Source: Octopus sinensis
Lineage: Eukaryota
Direction: 5' to 3'
Assembly (NCBI RefSeq): GCF_006345805.1
Contig: NC_043011.1
Coordinates: forward strand, 17,124,464-17,188,463
DNA length: 64,000 nucleotides
Shown here: positions 11,925 to 23,820 of the stretch, piece after piece
How the letters are laid out: every line of letters starts with the position of its first letter
How positions within the stretch are numbered: the stretch's first letter is position 1
Notes under the pieces: model-generated
Databases searched by the model: none
Told to the model about the DNA's origin: nothing
The model's input: the letters and a program-made list of their open reading frames with translations, nothing else
Made by a program: the position numbers and the translations under genes

Positions 11925-12125
11925 TAGATGGAAGACACTTAGAATTCTTGAAAGCAGGAGGTAACACTGTCACACCTGAAACACACGAGATAATAGTTGC
12001 ATGCTGGGAAGAAATACTGTTTCTGTTGGACTTAATTGATGGTGCCTTGATGTGTGTTTATGAAGCAGAAGGTCAAAATGTGTATGTGGAAATTTCCATG
12101 GTATCATTCTGTTAGGATCTTGTGG
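11925..12125 (+). mobile_element. RTE-like LINE RT N-terminal fragment
   Basis: DG..LEFLKAGG...HEIIVACWEE....IDG....Y..EG, then after a frameshift CGNFHGIILL (RTE pattern C.NYRGITLL). Confidence 0.6.
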
Positions 12126-12405
12126 GTAAAGTCTTCTCTTCAGTTGTGAATGCTTTAGATTCTGAATTCTGTGATGTGAGTTCAAGTCTTGTTGGAACTT
12201 AAATGACTTACATTTTATGCATGGGTATAACTCTATGGCAAAAAACCTTGCTTTCCAATCATATTGTCTTGTGTTCAGTGTCACTCTGTGACACCTTGGG
12301 CAAGTGTTTTCTACAGTAGCTCCAGGTCAACTAAAGCTTTGTCAGTGAGTTTGGTAGTCAGGACCTGAAAGCAGCCCATTGTGTGGGTGGGTGTGTATTT
12401 GTGTA

Positions 12406-12448
<43 letters not shown>

Positions 12449-12452
12449 TATA

Positions 12453-12533
<81 letters not shown>

Positions 12534-12756
12534 CTCCAAGAAAGTTAGAGGTTGTGGGTCCAACCCACTAAGGGATAATATCTATCCAATATACTGTTGG
12601 TATAATACCCAATTATTAATACACAAGTGTTTTTTATTGCATTGCAATTAACTTACCTAGTGTATTAAATGGGTGAAGGTAAAGATATATTTTACCATTA
12701 ATTTATATAGCAAATAAGAAAATGGAGAAGCACAATAGTTGGTTCATCAAATTTAG

Positions 12757-12947
12757 GACATTAAAATATTAACATATTTATTTATTAAAATGATTATTAT
12801 AACATACATATAGCATATTATTCTATGCATATAAAATAAGAATACAATCAATTTTGTATTCTTATTTTATATGCATAGAATAATATGCTATATGTATGTA
12901 TGTTATTAAAATTATCATTTTTATAAATAAGTTAACATTTTAATGTC
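12757..12947. repeat. Foldback with ~44-bp perfect inner arms
   Basis: ATACATATAGCATATTATTCTATGCATATAAAATAAGAATACAA-tcaatt-TTGTATTCTTATTTTATATGCATAGAATAATATGCTATATGTAT. Confidence 0.85.
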
Positions 12948-12950
12948 TTG

Positions 12951-12993
<43 letters not shown>

Positions 12994-13305
12994 ATTTGAA
13001 TATACATATCTAGCGGGTACCATGTCTGCTTTTACCTGTTAACAATGCTGGCCAACCTCAGTGAAAGTAGATGAACTCCAGTTAATTAACTTTACTATAT
13101 TTGGTAAATCCATATCTCCTTAGAGACTGCATAGTGTCATTACAGCAGAAATAATAAATCAATAAAAATTAGGAGAACAAAGATTTACATATCCAGGTTT
13201 TTATTACACAGCTAATCACATCTTACCATGTCAATAGCTACACGTTTTCCACTGCAAACCTGTACACACTGCAAATTAAGTATCTTGAAATGTATTTATA
13301 TATAT

Positions 13306-13528
13306 ACTCTTTTACTCTTTTACTTGTTTCAGTCATTTGACTGTGGCCATGCTGGAGCACCGCCTTTAGTCGAGCGGATCGACCCCAGGACTTATTCTTT
13401 GTAAGCCTAGTACTTATTCTATCGAGCCTCTTTTGCTGAACTGCTAGGTTACGGGGATGTAAACACACCAGTATCGGTTGTCAAGTGATGCTGGGGGGAC
13501 AAACACAGACACGCAAACATATACACAC

Positions 13529-13562
<34 letters not shown>

Positions 13563-13732
13563 GCATATTTATAACGGGCTTCTTTCAGTTTCCGTCTACC
13601 AAATTCACTCACAAGGCTTTGGTCGGCCCGAGGCTATAGTAGAAGACACTTGCCCAAGGTGCCACATAGTGGGACTGAACCTGGAACCATGTGGTTGGTA
13701 AGCAAGCTACTTACCACACAGCCATTCCTACG

Positions 13733-13735
<3 letters not shown>
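13306..13735 (-). mobile_element. SINE family B
   Basis: Full-length copy. Confidence 0.9.
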
Positions 13736-13767
<32 letters not shown>

Positions 13768-14694
13768 TTGTGTGTATGTGTTTGTGTTGCTGGTTGGTTT
13801 ACATTCCTATAATTTAGCAGTTCAGCAAGAAAAGACTAAGAGAATAAGCAATAGTCTTACAAAAATAAAGCAGTGTGGCTGATTTATTCCATTAAAACTG
13901 TCAAGGTGCTGCAACACCATGCATGACTGTAGTCCAATGACTGAAAGAAGCAGAAGAAAAAGATTGATAAGTGTGTGTTTGTATATATCCTGTGTTTGTG
14001 AATATGTATTTCTGACGAGTATAATCTTTATAAACACAGGTTGCCTGTTGCAGAAAGGGCAACACAGAAGGCACCAAAATCACTCCACATCGTGAAGATG
14101 AAATTGTGAAAGCTTGGCAGTGTTGAGAAAAATGAACTTGAGATCTGTGTTGTTCGAAATGAACTGTGAAGTTCTGATTCTCAGAAAAGTTAGGATAGAA
14201 CATAGTCATTTTTTTGAAAAGATATATAAGAGAAAGACTGTTCTTTATATGTTTATACATACATATATGCATACACACACACACACAGACACACACCCAT
14301 GCTTGTCATTGTCAATTTTCTGAATCATCAGAGCATGCGATAAAATGGTTTACAATATTTCTTCCCCCACTCTATGATCTGAGTTTAAATCATACATGAG
14401 ACCAACTTTGCCCTTTGTCCCTTCAGTGCAGAAAACATAGGTTCCAGCCTAATGCAGATGTACTCTCTCTCTCTCCCTCTTTCTCTGACAGTCTCTGTCT
14501 CTTTCTTTCTCTCTCTCTCTCCTCTCTCTCTCTCAACCTTTCATTTTCTGAATATTCTACTCAATTAAAATGGAAGAGCCTAGAGGATGTCTGTGTCTGC
14601 TTGTGGAGAAATGGACATGTAAAACAATTAGTAAAAGCATGATCCTTGTGACCATGTCATGCCTGATTGTGAGTGATGGCCATAGTTGTCATTT

Positions 14695-15112
14695 ATATAT
14701 ATATATAAATAGATATATATATATATACATATATAGATGTGTGTATGTGCACGTGTATGTATGTGTGTGTATGTACATGTATATATATATATATATATAT
14801 GAATGTATGTGTATGTATATATATATATATGTATGTATGTATGTATGTATATGTAAGTATGTATATATATATATGTATGTATATATATATGTGTGTATGT
14901 ATGTATATGTATATATATATGTATTTGTATATGTGTATATATATATATATGTATATATGTGTATATATATGTGTGTGTGTATATATATATATGTATATAT
15001 AAGTATTATATATGTATTTATATGTGTATATGTATGTATATATGTATATATATGTGTGTGTGTATGTATATATGTATATATATGTGTGTGTGTGTGTGTG
15101 TATATATAAATG

Positions 15113-15143
<31 letters not shown>

Positions 15144-15400
15144 ATATGTACTTATATATTGCTTATATGTATGTGTATATATGAATGTATATATATATGT
15201 GTGTGTGTATATGTACTTATATATTGCTTATATATATGCATGTGTATATATGAATGTATGTATATATATGTGTGTATATGTACTTATATGTTGCTTATAT
15301 ATATGTATGAGTATATATGTATGTATGTGTATATATATATATGAATGCGTATATATGTATATATATGTATGTATATATATATGCATGTATGTGTATTTGA
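14695..15400. repeat. Compound (TA/TG) microsatellite
   Basis: Source of the VYICM-type ORFs. Confidence 0.9.
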
Positions 15401-15959
15401 ATATTGAGAATAATGTAATGCCTTAGATGACAGCTGGGATTGATCTTTCTTCACCTGTCTAAAGTTCAGCATTTTATTTATTACATCATGCTGATCTTAA
15501 CCAAGAGGATGGCAAGATGCCATGGACAGCCATTTTGAATGTTATGTGAGTTGCGAAGGAAAATAATCTCGGCAACCTACATTGTCAAATTCATTTAATC
15601 GAATGTCATTTACTGCTTATTTCTACTCCACACAGAGATGTTCATTTCTCTTGCAGCCAACACAGAAGGCATTTCATATGTTATGACAGTTATAAATCAG
15701 CCAAAGTAGTTCAGAGCCAAAATAAAAATTTATGAGAATGCATTTCAAGTTTAATGTCCATTTTCCATGTTTACATGGAGAACGCTGTTGCCTTCTCAAC
15801 ATTCAAGGTATGCTTACGGGAGCAGGATTAATTTCTGGATTTAATTATTTATCTTTATAAGAGAATGATCAATGTAAACATAGAGCTTTGCTCTATTTAT
15901 TTATTTATTTTATTTTATTTTATCTAGTTTCAGCTCACGAGCTGTGGCCATGCTGGGGC

Positions 15960-16285
15960 ACTGCCGTTTGGTGTTGCTACATGATTTTACTTCACGAATG
16001 CTTTTTAGCAACTGCCATTTGGTGCATGAGAGAGTTTGATGCAGCTGCCCTCATCTGCACCTCCTGCCGTGAAGATGGTTCATCCGGGACACCTGACAGG
16101 AAGAGATCCAGTCCTACTTTAAAGACATCCGCATCCACCCCATGTTGGTCCCTCAGGTTCTTCAGGAGGATATTAAAGAGGTGTGGGCCTCTGAAGCCCA
16201 GGCTATCACAGTATCTTGTCATACATCTTGATGGCAAATTTGGAGTCCTTGGCACCACGCAGTGGCGCCCAGTTCTGGCATAAAC
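15960..16285 (-). mobile_element. CR1/L2-group LINE 3' fragment
   Basis: SLGFRGPHLFNILLKNLRD.HGVD.DVFK..LD.FLS.VPDEP, a typical CR1-group C-terminus. Confidence 0.65.
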
Positions 16286-16843
16286 TTTTTCAAAATTTCT
16301 CTTTGATATCATATTAAATAAAATCATGTACATATAAATATATATATTAGATATATTTTGACAATTGATATCATATTCACAACCACTAATTAGTACAGGT
16401 GCAGCAATTTGAACAGATATGACAATTATAAGAAAATCAAACCAGGTACCAATCTATTATAATATTTCCATAGCAGATATACCAGTTGGCAAATATATAG
16501 TAAATGATGAAAATGAACTTCTGGACTCGTTAGAATTTACTTATGGAGTTTCTTAATTTTGTGTTCGAAATCTACTAAGGTCAGCTTTGCTTTGCATTTT
16601 TCCCATGTTGATAAAATAATTATCAGTCGAGAACTGAGGTTGATATATTTGCGTATACAGCAGTAAGAAATAGATATGCCTGATCACATACTAATTGATA
16701 ATTCTAATTACTAAATGTCTAAGCAGCTTATTCTATTATCTTATTATCTACAATATTGTATATAATATATAAATAAGTGATTAAAACTAATAATAAACAA
16801 GCAAACAAGTAAAAAATTAATAAATAAATAAATAATAATAATA

Positions 16844-16875
<32 letters not shown>

Positions 16876-17216
16876 TAATAATAATAATAATGAGAAGAAG
16901 AAGAAGAAGAAGGAGGAGGAGGGGGAGAAGAAGAAGAAGAAGAAGAAGAAGAAGAAGAATGATAATAATGATAATAATAATTCTAGCTGTAAATGTGGAG
17001 GTCATAATACAGCTATTTGAAAACCATTCAGATTATTGATCAGATGGTAAAATTAATTTCTAAACAGTTATCTGCTCTTTAATTACTATATCCCGATTAT
17101 TGCCTAATTGTGTAATTTAATGACTTCTATTTTAATTGGTTCCGTTTTGTTGTTTTTCCTAAAGTGCCTGTTTCTAAAAGGAAGTGCAAAATATATTTAT
17201 GCATCAGCTGCTGCTA

Positions 17217-17630
17217 TTACTCTTTTTTACTCTTTTACTTGTTTCAGTCATTTGACTGTGGCCATGCTGGAGCAACGCCCTTTAGTCAAGTATATCGACC
17301 CCAGGATTTATTCTTTGTAAGCCCAGTACTTATTCTATCGGTCTCTTTTGCTGAACTGCTAAGTGACAGGGATGTAAACACACCACCATCGGTTGTCAAG
17401 CAATGGTGGGGGAGACAAACACAGACACACAAACATATACGCACATACGTATATATACATATATACGACAGGCTTCTTTCAGTTTCCGTCTACCAAATCC
17501 ACTCACAAGGCTTTGGTCGGCCCGAGGCTATAGTAGAAGACACTTGCTCATGGTGCCACACAGTGGGAATGAACCCGGAACCATGTGGTTGGTAAGCAAG
17601 CTAATTACCACACAGCTACTCCTGCGCCTA
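17217..17630 (-). mobile_element. SINE family B
   Basis: Full-length copy. Confidence 0.9.
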
Positions 17631-17744
17631 TTACACAAGTTTTCTACTGAAAATAAACTCCACACAAGTTCATTAATAACTACTAATCAGAGACTTTTTT
17701 AAAGTTCTCCTTCATAACAATTAAAAACACTAATAATAGTACCA

Positions 17745-17955
17745 TATGATATTGGGAACCAAAGAATTGAGTAATATCAGGACCGAGCCAGAGGGCTGAA
17801 GAGATTGTGGAAGATAAAAGAAAAGTGGTATTTGTTCTTGTGGTAATTGGTGTATTTGGTACAGAACTCAAAATGCTGCTTAAGAAGTTGAAGGATATTG
17901 TCAATCTTGAGAAAAGTGTCATACTGTATTCTGCAAGAATTCTATAAAAGATTCT
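17745..17955 (+). mobile_element. RLE-type (R4/Dong-like) LINE 3' remnant
   Basis: YQD.AR.LKRLW...V.VVIG.FGT...I..LEKSVIL.SARIL resembles the RLE domain C-terminus (VVIGALG...SARILR). Confidence 0.5.
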
Positions 17956-17960
17956 TTAGA

Positions 17961-18122
17961 TAGGCGCAGGAGTAGCTGTGTGGTAAGTAGCTTGCTAACC
18001 AGCCACATGGTTCCGGGTTCAGTCCCACTGCATGGCATCTTGGGCAAGTGTCTTCTGCTATAGCCTCGGGACGCCCAAAGCCTTGTGAGTGGATTTGGTA
18101 GATGGAAACTGAAAGAAGCCTG

Positions 18123-18168
<46 letters not shown>

Positions 18169-18382
18169 GCATGTATGTGTTTGTGTGTCTGTGTTTGTCC
18201 CCCTAGCATTGCTTGACAACCGATGCTGGTGTGTTTGTGTCCTCGTTACTTAGCGGTTCGGCAAAGGAGACCAATAGAATAAGTACTGGGCTTACAAAGA
18301 ATAAGTGATTTGCTCGACCAAGGGCGGTGCTCCAGCATGGCCGCAGTCAAATGACTGAAACAAGTAAAAGAGAATAAAAGAG
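17961..18382 (+). mobile_element. SINE family B
   Basis: Full-length copy. Confidence 0.9.
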
Positions 18383-19088
18383 AATTTGAGGAACCTTGTT
18401 TTCACAAAGCTTCAAGAAAGCATCCATACTTAATCTCAAATTTTGGTACAAGGTCAGCAACTTTCGAGAAGGGGTCAGTTGATTACATTGATCCTATTGC
18501 TCAACTAGTAATTATTTTATTGACTTCAAAAGGACAGATAAATATGCCGCTAAGCATTCTGACAGCTTCTTGTGATAATAATATTAACAACGACAACAAG
18601 AACAATAATTATTATTCTTTCTAACTTTGGTTCAAAGTCAGCAATTGTGAAGGAAGAGGGAAATCAATCACATCAACAGCATTTGAACTCAGAATGTAAA
18701 GGAATGGGAAAATGCTGCTAAGCATTTTGTCCAGAGTGGCAGCAATCATACCAGATCACTGCACTAGCAATAATCATAACAATTCTTTCTAGTATAGGCA
18801 CAAGGCCTATATTAGTTGGGTAATCGATTACTCTGACTCCAGTGTTCAACTGATATTTATTTTATCAAGCATGAAAGAATAAAAAAGAAAGTTGGCTTTG
18901 GTGGAGTCTGAACTCAGAGTATATACATCTAAAAGGAATGCCACTAATTCATCTTATGAGCTAATTGGTTTTGTCAGCTTGTTGCCTTTAATTATAGTCA
19001 AGGCTGTCTATTATAGGCACAAAGTCTGAAATTTTGTGGGCGGGGGCTTGTCAATTATATTACCTCCATTGCTTGACTATTCTTATTA

Positions 19089-19654
19089 TTGGGTTGTCCG
19101 GAAAGTTCATGCCGATTTATAGTAGCTTACACTTCGACTTATTTTAGAACATGGTTGAGTCCATAAAGTAGGATTTGACTACACCTCCATTTAGAGCACG
19201 GTTTAAGCTATCTTTTCGGGGAAGAAGATTTATGTTCCTATAACCCGTGTTAATTTTGTAACCCTTTAAAATGGAAGAGAAGAAAGTTCATTTTCGGCAC
19301 TTGATGCTTTGGGAACCAGAAAAAAATTGCTGCAGCTCGGCTGGGATGTGCTACCCCACTCTCCATATTCACCAGATATTGTTCCTTCAGATTTCCACTT
19401 ATTCAAGTCTCTCCAGAATAGTCTTAATTGTAAAATTTTCAATTCCTTGGATGACATAAAAAGATACCTTGATGAATTCTTTGCCATGAAACCACCCCAA
19501 TTCTGGGAAGAGGGTATTTTCAAGTTAAAGGAAAGGTGGAGATGCATTGTGCAACGAAATGGTTAATATTCTGTTGATTAAAAATGTAATGGTAAGTATT
19601 TATTGACCTTTTCCTTTCCTTTAAAAAACGGCACGAACTTTCCGGACAACCCAA
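19089..19654 (+). mobile_element. Internally deleted mariner
   Basis: TIR TTGGGTTGTCCGGAAAGTTC.TGCCG at both ends; TA TSD; LGWDVLPHSPYSPDIVPSDFHLF (mariner YSPDL motif). Confidence 0.9.
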
Positions 19655-19798
19655 TATATCAACCATGTAAGTATGAAAGGCAAAATCAACTACTGCAGAA
19701 TTTGAGTTCAGAATGTAATACACCAGAAGAAATGCTGCTAAAAAATGCATTTTATCTAGTGTAGTAATGGCTCAACTTGCCCACTGCCCTAATAATGG

Positions 19799-19843
<45 letters not shown>

Positions 19844-20065
19844 AATCATAGTTTCAAATTTTGGTAAAAGGCCAGTAAGTTTTGGTGGAGAGAGTATGTC
19901 AATTACATTTGACCCCAGTGTGAATTAATACTAATGATAGTATGATAGGCAAAGTTGACCTCGACAGAATTTGAACTCAGAACGTAAAGACAGATGAAAT
20001 ACCGCTGAGCATTTTGTCCAGTGTGCTAATGATTCTGCAAATTTGCTGCCTTCTTAATAATGATG

Positions 20066-20117
<52 letters not shown>

Positions 20118-20437
20118 TTATTATTATTATTATGATGATAATAATAATAATAATAATGATAATAAGTACAATAATAATTCTAAGTGTTCTTATTTTTATT
20201 ATAACATTTGTAGACTGAAATATTCATCAATTTTCACACATTTGTCAGAAAATAACTAAAATTGCAAATTAAAATAGTCTTATTTTAAATTTTCTCCATG
20301 AAGAATTTTCTTTCAGCATTGATCTCTGCCAATGTTTCTATTATGATATATATAGTCATTGAATTAACCATTGTCAATAGTTTTATGAGATGTCATCTCT
20401 GGTTCAATGTAAAAACAAAAAGAAAGCAATGGGTGAA

Positions 20438-20439
<2 letters not shown>

Positions 20440-20485
<46 letters not shown>

Positions 20486-20547
20486 CATTATTATTATTAT
20501 TATCATTATTATTATCATTATTATTATAATCATTATTATTATTATTA

Positions 20548-20593
<46 letters not shown>

Positions 20594-20615
20594 CATTATT
20601 ATTATTATTATGTTA
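20440..20615. repeat. (TAT/CAT)n microsatellite
   Basis: About 58 trinucleotide units. Confidence 0.95.
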
Positions 20616-21261
20616 TTATTATTATTCACATGAAGTCACTTTGCTAATAAAAGTCACATTTATTTATATATCGCTCCATATCATTATAATAAAGCGTAAA
20701 ATATAGAATATTCTATAAAAATTGTATTCAGTGTTATTTATTTAGTTTTGTTTCGTACAGCTCTCCTCTATTGTTGTCCATTGAAGACTTTAAACAATAT
20801 CACTAATTAAATAGTGATTTTATTGATCTATTGATAGATTTAACTGCTAATGAATGAAATGCTTGACAGATTTCTTTGTCATATCAAATTTAATATCATC
20901 CTATGTAGTGCAAGGTAAACATTTATATGATATTAACTGTTATTAATCTGTCATTTGATATGGATGCTGTCATGCCCTGTTGTTGTTTAGGGTCCTATTG
21001 TTGTTGAATAGCTGTAATGTGACAAGGCTTTGAAATTGAAATACGAATAGCTTGCCTATCAGCAGCTGCCCGTTATCTCAACGTTCTTGATATGAGGAAT
21101 CGCAACAAGTGAGTCGTTACGTGGTCTTACAATATGCTAGAAATAGAAACCAGCAGGTTATTTTAATAATACTCAAGACAAAATCATAGAGCTAAAAATA
21201 GAAGACTCTACAAGAGATATAGATAATCACAAATGAAAAATTCAACAAAATAATTATTAGG

Positions 21262-21402
21262 TAGAGTGGTTGTATAATGTCAACATAATGTGACAGTCCT
21301 GTAAAGGGAATTACACCACTGCTATATAGCCCTAGGAAGCATCGATGCTTCCTGTCGGCTTTGACACATTTCCTGTGTCCTTGACATTATACAACCACTC
21401 TA
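21262..21402. repeat. Small foldback with perfect 22-bp inverted termini and an internal 20-bp palindrome
   Basis: TAGAGTGGTTGTATAATGTCAA / TTGACATTATACAACCACTCTA; internal AGGAAGCATCGATGCTTCCT. Confidence 0.75.
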
Positions 21403-22669
21403 TCGCTACACCACCGCTCATGTCTCTTTGAGACATTTAGAAATTCAATATTTCTAATTATTAGGTAATTTCACTAAACAAGCAGTTAACAAACCAGAAA
21501 CCAGTATATATATTCATATTAATTTATTCACAATAATCCTAATACCTAATGTGCTTTCTTGATAACCTTGTATTACTGTCTACTATAGGCACAAAGCCTG
21601 AAATTTTGGGGCGGGGGGCTAGTTGATTACATGAACCCCAGTGCTTGACTGGTACTTATTTTATCAACCCTGAAAGGATGAAAGGCAAAGTCAACCTCAG
21701 GGGAATATGAACTCAGGACATAAGGATGGACAAAATGCTGCTAAGCATTTTACCTGGCATGCTAATGACTCTGCCTGCTCATTGTGTTAAAATTAACAAT
21801 AGGCATTTTGCCTGACATTCTAATGATTTTGTCAACTTGACACCTTCTATAACTTGATATTGCTTTTGAATTTTGACACAATCTCAACAAGTTCATGGGA
21901 GAGGGTAAGTCAAATACATTGACTCCAGTCTGCTAGTGGTACTTATTTTATTGACCCTGAAAGGATAAGTTGATTGCGGTGGAATTTGAACCGAGAATAT
22001 ATGGATGGATGAAATACCGTTTTTTTTTGCCCAGCATGCTAGCAATTCTGCCAGCTTGCCACCTTTGATAACCTAATATTAGCATACTAATCCTTTCTAC
22101 TATAGGCACAAGGTCTGAAATTTGGTGGCGGGGGATAGTTGATTAAAGCGACCCCCAGTACTCAACTGGTACTTGTTTTATCAACCCTGAAATGATGAAA
22201 GGCAAAGTCGACCTCTGCGGAATTTGAACTCAGAACACGAAGACAGATGAAATACCACTATTTCCAGATGAAATACCCCTAATAATAAAGATAAAGAAGC
22301 CCTTACCATGTACAACATTATATACATACCAGTTCATAATCACTCAGGTTGCTAGTCTCATTCTTAAACCACATCATATCATGTAAAAACGATGGACATT
22401 TAAAAAAATGTCTGTTCCACTGATCAGATCAACTACTGGAACTCTTGTTGTCGTAACCTGTGGGATTGCAGTTAAATTTGTTTATGATAGGAGGGTTATT
22501 CAGCTGTAGAAACCAAGCCATATGATACATATGAACGTCATTTTATGGGAACAGAAGTGATTCCTAATAAGAAATAACTCAGACTGTGAAGATTTATCCA
22601 GATCATGCCAGCACAGAAAGCAGATGTAAAATGATAACAATGAAGTGATGATGATGATGATATATATAC

Positions 22670-22982
22670 AGAGTAAAGGGTAAAGACCCCACTTTGGTCA
22701 TGAATGACAGTAGGATTGCTCTTAGACAGTTCACCTCCGAAGCATAAGTTCGGGCACGGTCGTTTATGGAAGACCAGCATTCGCACATGCATACCAGCCT
22801 CCCCCTCTCCATACCACTGAGGTTAAGGGAAAGGCAGAGGTCTATACTGCTTGGTACCAGTGACGTTGCTGCATTGCTGCTCATTTCTACCGCTGAGTGA
22901 ACTGGAGTAATGTGAAATAAAGTGTCTTGCTCTAGAACACAACACACAGCCTGCTCTGGGAATTGAACTTACTATCTCATGA
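22670..22982 (-). mobile_element. CORE-like tRNA SINE family E (head truncated)
   Basis: Minus strand GTGTTCTAGAGCAAGACACTTTATTTCAC..CTCCAGTTCACTCAGC resembles the CORE domain; same family as 55388-55848. Confidence 0.65.
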
Positions 22983-23584
22983 GCCGGTTTCAGCCGGGTT
23001 GGTACCAAAAGGGTTAAACCAGCCATATCTGACCCAAATATTCTACTTGTTAGATGTTTGAATCAGCCAGATCTGATCTCATACACCTACCCTACAGTGT
23101 CATTCTAAACATATACAACTACATCATCAAAATTTCAAAGCTACGAGATAATGTATGATTAATTTCTAAACAATATGAATAAGCATTACATTTGACAGAA
23201 TAATCTGAATGCTTGGATACCTTGTAAGAATGCTGGTTTAGTGTTGTAAAAAAGAGTGCATGTAGCTAAGGCCCTGGTGATATTATAATCTCTGGGTGAA
23301 TGAGAGTCGTGATAAAGAACATCAAGAAATATGAAGTCATAATAAAGTTGATCACCACATTTATTTTGCCACTAAGAGAAAATACTGCAACTGGTTTAGA
23401 TGAATAATTCTGTTAATTAAAATACGTAGGTTCACCATTCTTCTTGTTCATGTTGAGATGCACAGGAAGAACACAAAGCATGTCAACAAGAAATTTTCCA
23501 GACAATTCTCTCCTCACTGAAGCTGCGAAGCAGAATAAAACTTCTCTCATACCAAAGATCTGATTTCACTTATGACAACCCTAT

Positions 23585-23820
23585 TTCTATTTCTTTACTA
23601 CCCACAAGGGACTAAACATAGAGTGGACAAACAAGGACAGACAAAAGGATTAAGTCGATTACATCGACCCCAGCACGTAACTGGTTCTTAATTTATCGAC
23701 CCCGAAAGGATGAAAGGCAAAGTCGACCTCGGCGGAATTTGAACTAAGAACATAATGGCAGACGAAATATGGCTTTGCATTTCGCCTGGCATGCTAATGT
23801 TTCTGCCAGCTCGCCGCCTT
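23585..23820 (-). mobile_element. SINE family A
   Basis: Full-length copy. Confidence 0.85.

Noticed and set aside
14570-15426. Long ORFs (up to 179 aa) in the ORF track; likewise at 35970-36463, 40366-41831 and 59333-59831
   Set aside because: Translations of TA/TG/CATA microsatellites with no coding signal.
15657-15808. Good acceptor (TTGCAG) and donor (AAG|GTATGC) pair
   Set aside because: All three frames contain stops; a non-coding exon cannot be shown without RNA data.
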